Shown: positions 53,701-64,000 of the stretch, one piece after another
Numbering within the stretch: position 1 is the first letter of the stretch
Layout of the letters: each line of letters begins with the position of its first letter
Origin: Eledone cirrhosa
Taxonomy: Eukaryota
Reading direction: 5' to 3'
Assembly: GCA_964016885.1 (NCBI GenBank)
Contig: OZ024744.1
Span: 23,064,001-23,128,000, forward strand
DNA: 64,000 bases
Notes under the pieces: generated by a model
Databases searched by the model: none
What the model was told of the DNA's origin: nothing
Seen by the model: the letters and a program-made list of their open reading frames with translations, nothing else
Made by a program: the position numbers and the translations under genes

Positions 53701-53831
53701 TAAAACGAGTTTTAACTTAAGATTCAACTGTTGTTAAAACGAATCAGTACTTAAGATTCAACTGTTGTTAAAACGAGTTTTATTTGAAGATTCAACTGTT
53801 GTTAAGATGAGTCAGTTCTTAAGGTTGAACT
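29666..53831 (+). repeat. Copy 2 of ~24.2-kb tandem duplication (67 bp shorter)
   Basis: The offset changes from 24179 to 24112 after ~39680 (ACGCGT 22869/46981; TAACTT 29601/53713). Identity ends at G29720 versus C53832. Confidence 0.93.
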
Positions 53832-56800
53832 CTTGATAAAACGAGTCAGTTCTTAAGATTCAACTGTTGTAAAACGAGTTTTATCTTAAGATTCAGCTGT
53901 TGTTAAAACGAGTCAGTTCTTAAGATTCAACTGTTGTTAAAACGAGTTTTATCTTAAGATTCAACTGTTGTTAAAACGAATCAGTTCTTAAGATTCAACT
54001 GTTGTTAAAATGAGTCAGTTCTTAAGATTCAACTGTTGTAAAAACTAGTTTCATCTTAAGATTCAACTGTTGTTAAAACTAGTCAGTTCTTAAGATTCAA
54101 CTGTAGTTAAAACGAGTTTTATCTGAAGATTCAACTGTTGTTAAAACGAATCAGTTCTTAAGATTCAACTGTTGTTAAAATGAGTCAGCTCTTAAGATTC
54201 AACTGTTGTTAAAACGAGTCAGTTCTTAAGATTCAACTGTTGTTAAAACGAGTTTTATCTAAAGATTCAGCTGTTGTTAAAATGAGTCAGTTCTTAAGAT
54301 TCAACTGTTGTTAAAACGAGTTTTATCTTAAGATTCAACTGTTGTTAAAACGAGTCAGTTCTGAAGAATCAACTGTTGTTAAAACGAGTTTTATTTGAAT
54401 ATTCAACTGTTGTTAAAACGAGTTTTATCTTAAGATTCAGCTGTTGTTAAAACGAGTCAGTTCTTAAGATACTACTGTTGTTAAAACGAATTTTATCTTA
54501 AGATTCAACTGTTGTTAAAACGAGTTTTATCTTAAGATTCAGCTGTTGTTAAAACGAATCAGTTCTTAAGATTCAACTGTTGTTAAAACGAGTTTTATTT
54601 GAAGATTCAACTGTTGTAAAACGAGTTTTATCTTAAGATTCAGCTGTTGTTAAAACGAGTCAGTTCTTAAGATTCAACTGTTGTTAAAACGAGTTTTATC
54701 TTAAGATTCAACTGTTGTTAAAACGAATCAGTTCTTAAGATTCAACTGTTGTTAAAATGAGTCAGTTCTTAAGATTCAACTGTTGTTAAAACGAGTTTTA
54801 TCTTAAGACTCAACTGTTGTTAAAACGAGTCAGTTCTTAAGATTCAACTGTAGTTAAAACGAGTTTTATCTGAAGATTCAACTGTTGTTAAAACGAATCA
54901 GTTCTTAAGATTCAACTGTTGTTAAAATGAGTCAGTTCTTAAGATTCAACTGTTGTTAAAACGAGTTTTATCTTAAGATTCAACTGTTGTTAAAACGAGT
55001 CAGTTCTTAAGGTTGAACTGTTGTTAAAACGAGTCAGTTCTTAAGATTCAACTGTTGTTAAAACGAGTTTTATCTTAAGATTCAACTGTTGTTAAAATGA
55101 GTCAGTTCTTAAGATTCAACCGTTGTTAAAACGAGTTTTATCTTAAGATTAAACTGTTGTTAAAACGAGTCAGTTCTTAAGATTCAACTGTTGTTAAAGC
55201 GAGTTTTATTTGAAGATTCAACTGTTGTTAAAACGAGTCAGTGCTTAAGGTTGAACTGTTGATACAACGAGTCAGTTCTTAAGATTCAACTGTTGTTAAA
55301 ACGAGTTTTATCTTAAGATTCAGCTGTTGTTAAAACGAGTCAGTTCTTAAGATTCAACTGTTGTTAAAACGAATTTTATCTTAAGATTCAACTGTTGTTA
55401 AAACGAGTTTTATCTTAAGATTCAGCTGTTGTTAAAACGAATCAGTTCTTAAGATTCAACTGTTGTTAAAACGAATTTTATTTGAAGATTCAACTGTTGT
55501 TAAGATGAGTCAGTTCTTAAGGTTGAACTGTTGATAAAACGAGTCAGTTCTTAAGATTCAACTGTTGTTAAAACGAGTTTTATCTTAAGATTTAGCTGTT
55601 GTTAAAACGAGTCAGTTCTTAAGATTCAACTGTTGTTAAAACGAGTTTATCTTAAAATTCAGCCGTTGTTAAAACGAGTCAGTTCTTAAGATTAAACTGT
55701 TGTTAAAACGAGTTTTATCTTAAGATTCAACTGTTGTTAAAATGAGTCAGTTCTTAAGATTCAACTGTTGTTAAAACGAGTTTTATTTGAGGATTCAACT
55801 GTTGTTAAAACGAGTCAGTTCTTAAGGTTGAACTGTTGATAAAACGAGTCAGTTCTTAAGATTCAACTGTTGTTAAAACAAGTTCTATCTTAAGATTCAA
55901 CTGTTGTTAAAACGAGTCAGTTCTGAAGAATCAACTGTTGTTAAAACGAGTTTTATTTGAAGATTCAACTGTTGTTAAAACGAGTCAGTGCTTAAGGTTG
56001 AACTGTTGATAAAACGAGTCAGTTCTTAAGATTCAACTGTTGTTAAAACGAGTTTTATCTTAAGATTCAGCTGTTGTTAAAACGAGTCAGTTCTTAAGAT
56101 TCAACTGTTGTTAAAACGAATTTTATCTTAAGATTCAACAGTTGTTAAAACGAGTTTTATCTTAAGATTCAGCTGTTGTTAAAACGAATCAGTTCTTAAG
56201 ATTCAACTGTTGTTAAAACGAGTTTTATCTTAAGATTCAACTGTTGTTAAAACGAGTCAGTTCTTAAGGTTGAACTGATGTTAAAACGAGTCAGTTCTTA
56301 AGATTCAACTGTTGTTAAAACGAGTTTTATCTTAAGATTCAACTGTTGTTAAAATGAGTCAGTTCTTAAGATTCAACTGTTGTTAAAACGAGTTTTATCT
56401 TAAGATTCAACTGTTGTTAAAACGAGTCAGTTCTTAAGATTCAACTGTTGTTAAAACGAGTTTTATTTGAAGATTCAACTGTTGTTAAAACGAGTCAGTG
56501 CTTAAGCTTGAACTGTTGATAAAACGAGTCAGTTCTTAAGATTCAACTGTTGTTAAAAAGAGTTTTATCTTAAGATTCAGCTGTTGTTAAAACGAGTCAG
56601 TTCTTAAGATTCAACTGTTGTTAAAACGAATTTTATCTTAAGATTCAACTGTTGTTAAAACGAGTTTTATCTTAAGATTCAGCTGTTGTTAAAACGAATC
56701 AGTTCTTAAGATTCAACTGTTGTTAAAACGAGTTTTATCTGAAGATTCAACTGTTGTTAAAACGAATCAGCTCTTAAGATTCAACTGTTGTTAAAATGAG

Positions 56801-58286
56801 TCAGTTCTTAAGATTCAACTGTTGTTAAAACGAGTTTTATCTTAAGATTTAACTGTTGTTAAAACGAGTCAGTTCTTAAGGTTGAACTGTTGTTAAAACG
56901 AGTCAGTTCCTAAGATTCAACTGTTGTTAAAACGAGTTTTATCTTAAGATTCAACTGTTGTTAAAATGAGTCAGTTCTTAAGATTCAACCGTTGTTAAAA
57001 CGAGTTTTATCTTAAGATTCAACTGTTGTTAAAACGAGTCAGTTCTTAAGATTCAACTGTTGTTAAAGCGAGTTTTATTTGAAGATTCAACTGTTGTTAA
57101 AACGAGTCAGTGCTTAAGGTTGAACTGTTGTTAAAACGAGTCAGTTCTTAAGATTCAACTGTTGTTAAAACGAGTTTTATCTTAAGATTCAACTGTTGTT
57201 AAAATGAGTCAGTTCTTAAGATTCAACTGTTGTTAAAACGAGTTTTATCTTAAGATTCAACTGTTGTTAAAACGAATCAGTTCTTAAGATTCAACTGTTG
57301 TTAAAACGAGTTTTATTTGAAGATTCAACTGTTGTTAAGATGAGTCAGTTCTTAAGGTTGAACTCTTGATAAAACGAGTCAGTTCTTAAGATTCAACTGT
57401 TGTAAAACGAGTTTTATCTTAAGATTCAGCTGTTGTTAAAACGAGTCAGTTCTTAAGATTCAACTGTTGTTAAAACGAGTTTTATCTTAAGATTCAACTG
57501 TTGTTAAAACGAATCAGTTCTTATGATTCAACTGTTGTTAAAATGAGTCAGTTCTTAAGATTCAACTGTTGTAAAAACTAGTTACATCTTAAGATTCAAC
57601 TGTTGTTAAAACTAGTCAGTTCTTAAGATTCAACTGTAGTTAAAACGAGTTTTATCTGAAGATTCAACTGTTGTTAAAACGAATCAGTTCTTAAGATTCA
57701 ACTGTTGTTAAAATGAGTCAGCTCTTAAGATTCAATTGTTGTTAAAACGAGTTTTATCTTAAGATTCAACTGTTGTTAAAACGAGTCAGTTCTTAAGATT
57801 CAACTGTTGTTAAAACGAGTTTTATTTGAGGATTCAACTGTTGTTAAAACGAGTCAGTTCTTAAGGTTGAACTGTTGATAAAACGAGTCAGTTCTTAAGA
57901 TTCAACTGTTGTTAAAACGAGTTTTATCTAAAGATTCAGCTGTTGTTAAAATGAGTCAGTTCTTAAGATTCAACTGTTGTTAAAACGAGTTTTATCTTAA
58001 GATTCAACTGTTGTTAAAACGAGTCAGTTCTGAAGAATCAACTGTTGTTAAAACGAGTTTTATTTGAAGATTCAACTGTTGTTAAAACGAGTTTTATCTT
58101 AAGATTCAGCTGTTGTTAAAACGAGTCAGTTCTTAAGATACAACTGTTGTTAAAACGAATTTTATCTTAAGATTCAACTGTTGTTAAAACGAGTTTTATC
58201 TTAAGATTCAGCTGTTGTTAAAACGAATCAGTTCTTAAGATTCAACTGTTGTTAAAACGAGTTTTATTTGAAGATTCAACTGTTGT

Positions 58287-61200
58287 AAAACGAGTTTTAT
58301 CTTAAGATTCAGCTGTTGTTAAAACGAGTCAGTTCTTAAGATTCAACTGTTGTTAAAACGAGTTTTATCTTAAGATTCAACTGTTGTTAAAACGAATCAG
58401 TTCTTAAGATTCAACTGTTGTTAAAATGAGTCAGTTCTTAAGATTCAACTGTTGTTAAAACGAGTTTTATCTTAAGACTCAACTGTTGTTAAAACGAGTC
58501 AGTTCTTAAGATTCAACTGTAGTTAAAACGAGTTTTATCTGAAGATTCAACTGTTGTTAAAACGAATCAGTTCTTAAGATTCAACTGTTGTTAAAATGAG
58601 TCAGTTCTTAAGATTCAACTGTTGTTAAAACGAGTCAGTTCTTAAGGTTGAACTGTTGTTAAAACGAGTCAGTTCTTAAGATTCAACTGTTGTTAAAACG
58701 AGTTTTATCTTAAGATTCAACTGTTGTTAAAATGAGTCAGTTCTTAAGATTCAACCGTTGTCAAAACGAGTTTTATCTTAAGATTCAACTGTTGTTAAAA
58801 CGAGTCAGTTCTTAAGATTCAACTGTTGTTAAAACGAGTTTTATCTTAAGATTCAGCTGTTGTTAAAACGAGTCAGTTCTTAAGATTCAACTGTTGTTAA
58901 AACGAATTTTATCTTAAGATTCAACTGTTGTTAAAACGAGTTTTATCTTAAGATTCAGCTGTTGTTAAAACGAATCAGTTCTTAAGATTCAACTGTTGTT
59001 AAAACGAATTTTATTTGAAGATTCAACTGTTGTTAAGATGAGTCAGTTCTTAAGGTTGAACTGTTGATAAAACGAGTCAGTTCTTAAGATTCAACTGTTG
59101 TTAAAACGAGTTTTATCTTAATATTTAGCTGTTGTTAAAACGAGTCAGTTCTTAAGATTCAACTGTTATTAAAACGAGTTTATCTTAAAATTCAGCCGTT
59201 GTTAAAACGAGTCAGTTCTTAAGATTAAACTGTTGTTAAAACGAGTTTTATCTTAAGATTCAACTGTTGTTAAAATGAGTCAGTTCTTAAGATTCAACTG
59301 TTGTTAAAACGAGTTTTATTTGAGGATTCAACTGTTGTTAAAACGAGTCAGTTCTTAAGGTTGAACTGTTGATAAAACGAGTCAGTTCTTAAGATTCAAC
59401 TGTTGTTAAAACATGTTTTATCTTAAGATTCAACTGTTGTTAAAACGAGTCAGTTCTGAAGAATCAACTGTTGTTAAAACGAGTTTTATTTGAAGATTCA
59501 ACTGTTGTTAAAACGAGTCAGTGCTTAAGGTTGAACTGTTGATAAAACGAGTCAGTTCTTAAGATTCAACTGTTGTTAAAACGAGTTTTATCTTAAGATT
59601 CAGCTGTTGTTAAAACGAGTCAGTTCTTAAGATTCAACTGTTGTTAAAACGAATTTTATCTTAAGATTCAACAGTTGTTAAAACGAGTTTTATCTTAAGA
59701 TTCAGCTGTTGTTAAAACGAATCAGTTCTTAAGATTCAACTGTTGTTAAAACGAGTTTTATCTTAAGATTCAACTGTTGTTAAAACGAGTCAGTTCTTAA
59801 GGTTGAACTGATGTTAAAACGAGTCAGTTCTTAAGATTCAACTGTTGTTAAAACGAGTTTCATCTTAAGATTCAACTGTTGTTAAAACGAGTCAGTTCTT
59901 AAGATTCAACTGTTGTTAAAACGAGTTTTATTTGAAGATTCAACTGTTGTTAAAACGAGTCAGTGCTTAAGGTTGAACTGTTGATAAAACGAGTCAGTTC
60001 TTAAGATTCAACTGTTGTTAAAAAGAGTTTTATCTTAAGATTCAGCTGTTGTTAAAACGAGTCAGTTCTTAAGATTCAACTGTTGTTAAAACGAATTTTA
60101 TCTTAAGATTCAACTGTTGTTAAAACGAGTTTTATCTTAAGATTCAGCTGTTGTTAAAACGAGTCAGTTCTTAAGATACAACTGTTGTTAAAACGAATTT
60201 TATCTTAAGATTCAACTGTTGTTAAAACGAGTTTTATCTTAAGATTCAGCTGTTGTTAAAACGAATCAGTTCTTAAGATTCAACTGTTGTTAAAACGAGT
60301 TTTATTTGAAGATTCAACTGTTGTAAAACGAGTTTTATCTTAAGATTCAGCTGTTGTTAAAACGAGTCAGTTCTTAAGATACAACTGTTGTTAAAACGAA
60401 TTTTATCTTAAGATTCAACTGTTGTTAAAACGAGTTTTATCTTAAGATTCAGCTGTTGTTAAAACGAGTCAGTTCTTAAGATTCAACTGTTGTTAAAACG
60501 AGTTTTATCTTAAGATTCAACTGTTGTTAAAACGAATCAGTTCTTAAGATTCAACTGTTGTTAAAATGAGTCAGTTCTTAAGATTCAACTGTTGTTAAAA
60601 CGAGTTTTATCTTAAGACTCAACTGTTGTTAAAACGAGTCAGTTCTTAAGATTCAACTGTAGTTAAAACGAGTTTTATCTGAAGATTCAACTGTTGTTAA
60701 AACGAATCAGTTCTTAAGATTCAACTGTTGTTAAAATGAGTCAGTTCTTAAGATTCAACTGTTGTTAAAACGAGTCAGTTCTTAAGGTTGAACTGTTGTT
60801 AAAACGAGTCAGTTCTTAAGATTCAACTGTTGTTAAAACGAGTTTTATCTTAAGATTCAACTGTTGTTAAAATGAGTCAGTTCTTAAGATTCAACCGTTG
60901 TCAAAACGAGTTTTATCTTAAGATTCAACTGTTGTTAAAACGAGTCAGTTCTTAAGATTCAACTGTTGTTAAAACGAGTTTTATCTTAAGATTCAGCTGT
61001 TGTTAAAACGAGTCAGTTCTTAAGATTCAACTGTTGTTAAAACGAATTTTATCTTAAGATTCAACTGTTGTTAAAACGAGTTTTATCTTAAGATTCAGCT
61101 GTTGTTAAAACGAATCAGTTCTTAAGATTCAACTGTTGTTAAAACGAATTTTATTTGAAGATTCAACTGTTGTTAAGATGAGTCAGTTCTTAAGGTTGAA

Positions 61201-62302
61201 CTGTTGATAAAACGAGTCAGTTCTTAAGATTCAACTGTTGTTAAAACGAGTTTTATCTTAATATTTAGCTGTTGTTAAAACGAGTCAGTTCTTAAGATTC
61301 AACTGTTATTAAAACGAGTTTATCTTAAAATTCAGCCGTTGTTAAAACGAGTCAGTTCTTAAGATTAAACTGTTGTTAAAACGAGTTTTATCTTAAGATT
61401 CAACTGTTGTTAAAATGAGTCAGTTCTTAAGATTCAACTGTTGTTAAAACGAGTTTTATTTGAGGATTCAACTGTTGTTAAAACGAGTCAGTTCTTAAGG
61501 TTGAACTGTTGATAAAACGAGTCAGTTCTTAAGATTCAACTGTTGTTAAAACATGTTTTATCTTAAGATTCAACTGTTGTTAAAACGAGTCAGTTCTGAA
61601 GAATCAACTGTTGTTAAAACGAGTTTTATTTGAAGATTCAACTGTTGTTAAAACGAGTCAGTGCTTAAGGTTGAACTGTTGATAAAACGAGTCAGTTCTT
61701 AAGATTCAACTGTTGTTAAAACGAGTTTTATCTTAAGATTCAGCTGTTGTTAAAACGAGTCAGTTCTTAAGATTCAACTGTTGTTAAAACGAATTTTATC
61801 TTAAGATTCAACAGTTGTTAAAACGAGTTTTATCTTAAGATTCAGCTGTTGTTAAAACGAATCAGTTCTTAAGATTCAACTGTTGTTAAAACGAGTTTTA
61901 TCTTAAGATTCAACTGTTGTTAAAACGAGTCAGTTCTTAAGGTTGAACTGATGTTAAAACGAGTCAGTTCTTAAGATTCAACTGTTGTTAAAACGAGTTT
62001 CATCTTAAGATTCAACTGTTGTTAAAACGAGTCAGTTCTTAAGATTCAACTGTTGTTAAAACGAGTTTTATTTGAAGATTCAACTGTTGTTAAAACGAGT
62101 CAGTGCTTAAGGTTGAACTGTTGATAAAACGAGTCAGTTCTTAAGATTCAACTGTTGTTAAAAAGAGTTTTATCTTAAGATTCAGCTGTTGTTAAAACGA
62201 GTCAGTTCTTAAGATTCAACTGTTGTTAAAACGAATTTTATCTTAAGATTCAACTGTTGTTAAAACGAGTTTTATCTTAAGATTCAGCTGTTGTTAAAAC
62301 GA
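58287..62302 (+). repeat. 2140-bp-offset higher-order duplication (58287-60162 / 60427-62302)
   Basis: TCAACCGTTGTCAAA 58751/60891, ATATTTAGCT 59121/61261, ACATGT 59411/61551. Confidence 0.87.
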
Positions 62303-64000
62303 ATCAGTTCTTAAGATTCAACTGTAGTTAAAACGAGTTTTATCTTAAGATTCAACTGTTGTTAAAATGAGTCAGTTCTTAAGATTCAACTGTTGTTAAA
62401 ACGAGTTTTATTTGAAGATTCAACTGTTGTTAAAACGAGTCAGTGCTTAAGGTTGAACTGTTGATAAAACGAGTCAGTTCTTAAGATTCAACTGTTGTTA
62501 AAAAGAGTTTTATCTTAAGATACAACTGTTGTTAAAACGAGTCAGTTCTTAAGATTCAACTGTTGTTAAAACGAATTTTATCTTAAGATTCAACTGTTGT
62601 TAAAACGGGTTTTATCTTAAGATTAAGCTGTTGTTAAAACGAATCAGTTCTTAAGATTCAACTGTTGTTAAAACGAATTTTATTTGAAGATTCAACTGTT
62701 GTTAAGATGAGTCAGTTCTTAGGGTTGAACTGTTCATAAAACGAGTCAGTTCTTAAGATTCAACTGTTGTTAAAACGAGTTTTATCTTAAGATTTAGCTG
62801 TTGTTAAAACGAGTTAGTTCTTAAGATTCAACTGTTGTTAAAACGAGTTTATCTTAAAATTCAGCCGTTGTTAAAACGAGTCAGTTCTTAAGATTCAACT
62901 GTTGTTAAAACGAGTTTTATCTTAAGATTCAACTGTTGTTAAAATGAGTCAGTTGTTAAGATTCAACTGTTGTTAAAACGAGTTTTATCTTAAGATTCAA
63001 CTGTTGTTAAAACGAATCAGTTCTTAAGATTCAACTGTTGTTAAAACGAGTTTTATTTGAAGATTCAACTGTTGTTAAGATGAGTCAGTTCTTAAGGTTG
63101 AACTCTTGATAAAACGAGTCAGTTCTTAAGATTCAACTGTTGTAAAACGAGTATTATCTTAAGATTCAGCTGTTGTTAAAACGAGTCAGTTCTTAAGATT
63201 CAACTGTTGTTAAAACCAATTTTATCTTAAGATTCAACTGTTGTTAAAACGAATCAGTTCTTAAGATTCAACTGTTGTTAAAATGAGTCAATTCTTAAGA
63301 TTCAACTGTTGTAAAAACTAGTTTCATCTTAAGATTCAACTGTTGTTAAAACTAGTCAGTTCTTAAGATTCAACTGTAGTTAAAACGAGTTTTATCTGAA
63401 GATTCAACTGTTGTTAAAACGAATCAGTTCTTAAGATTCAACTGTTGTTAAAATGAGTCAGCTCTTAAGATTCAACTGTTGTTAAAACGAGTTTTATCTT
63501 AAGATTCAACTGTTGTTAAAACGAGTCAGTTCTTAAGATTCAACTGTTGTTAAAACGAGTTTTATTTGAGGATTCAACTGTTGTTAAAACGAGTCAGTTC
63601 TTAAGGTTGAACTGTTGATAAAACGAGTCAGTTCTTAAGATTCAACTGTTGTTAAAACGAGTTTTATCTAAAGATTCAGCTGTTGTTAAAATGAGTCAGT
63701 TCTTAAGATTCAACTGTTGTTAAAACGAGTTTTATCTTAAGATTCAACTGTTGTTAAAACGAGTCAGTTCTGAAGAATCAACTGTTGTTAAAACGAGTTT
63801 TATTTGAAGATTCAACTGTTGTTAAACGAGTTTTATCTTAAGATTCAGCTGTTGTTAAAACGAGTCAGTTCTTAAGATACAACTGTTGTTAAAACGAATT
63901 TTATCTTAAGATTCAACTGTTGTTAAAACGAGTTTTATCGTAAGATTCAGCTGTTGTTAAAACGAATAAGTTCTTAAGATTCAACTGTTGTTAAAACGAG

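Larger units (their letters stand above)
1..64000 (+). repeat. 34-bp tandem satellite array (A/B monomers, 68-bp dimer), about 1,880 monomers, extends beyond both window ends
   Basis: TCAACTG-type monomer starts at 1, 35, 69, 103, 137 and so on (period 34). Consensus is TCAACTGTTGTTAAAACGAGT[CAGT|TTTA]TCTTAAGAT. All lines read as this repeat in one orientation, with only substitutions and occasional 1-bp indels. Confidence 0.99.

Noticed and set aside
1-64000. CRISPR array (34-bp repeat; the minus strand can be read from GTTTT, superficially like type II repeats)
   Set aside because: Repeats abut with no unique spacers. The variable part is a 4-bp two-state patch, and there is no leader or cas gene in 64 kb.
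1-64000. Protein-coding repeat ORF on either strand
   Set aside because: TTAA every 17 bp gives TAA on both strands, and the period is not a multiple of 3, so all six frames are stopped within a few monomers.
1-64000. A/B monomer order as an encoded binary message or programmed cassette system
   Set aside because: The order is explained by alternation plus nested duplications and deletions. No non-redundant information or associated machinery is visible.
1-64000. CENP-B box, telomeric repeats or G-quadruplex motifs
   Set aside because: No TTCG-N4-A-N2-CGGG, no TTAGGG/TTAGG arrays (only isolated chance matches) and no repeated G-runs.
1-64000. Transposon insertion, piggyBac TTAA target duplications or an inversion point
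   Set aside because: TTAA is part of the consensus. I found no non-satellite sequence or strand switch on reading through, although a very short one could have been missed.

Overview
The whole 64 kb window is one uninterrupted, head-to-tail, AT-rich (~30% GC) tandem satellite array of a 34-bp monomer (about 1,880 copies), running off both ends. Two monomer types differ only at four adjacent bases: type A TCAACTGTTGTTAAAACGAGT-CAGT-TCTTAAGAT and type B TCAACTGTTGTTAAAACGAGT-TTTA-TCTTAAGAT. They mostly alternate as a 68-bp dimer. I see no genes, RNA genes, transposon insertions, inversions or CRISPR spacers. The information lies in the nested organisation: a degenerate 17-bp half-unit, the 34/68-bp units, 169-bp pentamers and ~272-bp octamers, 1.8-4.1 kb higher-order duplications, and a very recent ~24.2 kb tandem duplication (5487-29665 / 29666-53831). 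The duplicated copies differ by about a dozen substitutions spotted by eye and one 67-bp deletion. The monomers are rich in dyad symmetry, and each type A monomer carries a CGAGTCA/TGAGTCA (meAP-1/AP-1-like) motif. The architecture fits a eukaryotic centromeric or pericentromeric satellite, but that is inference. I do not recognise the family or species, and I found no evidence for a new gene-encoded system.
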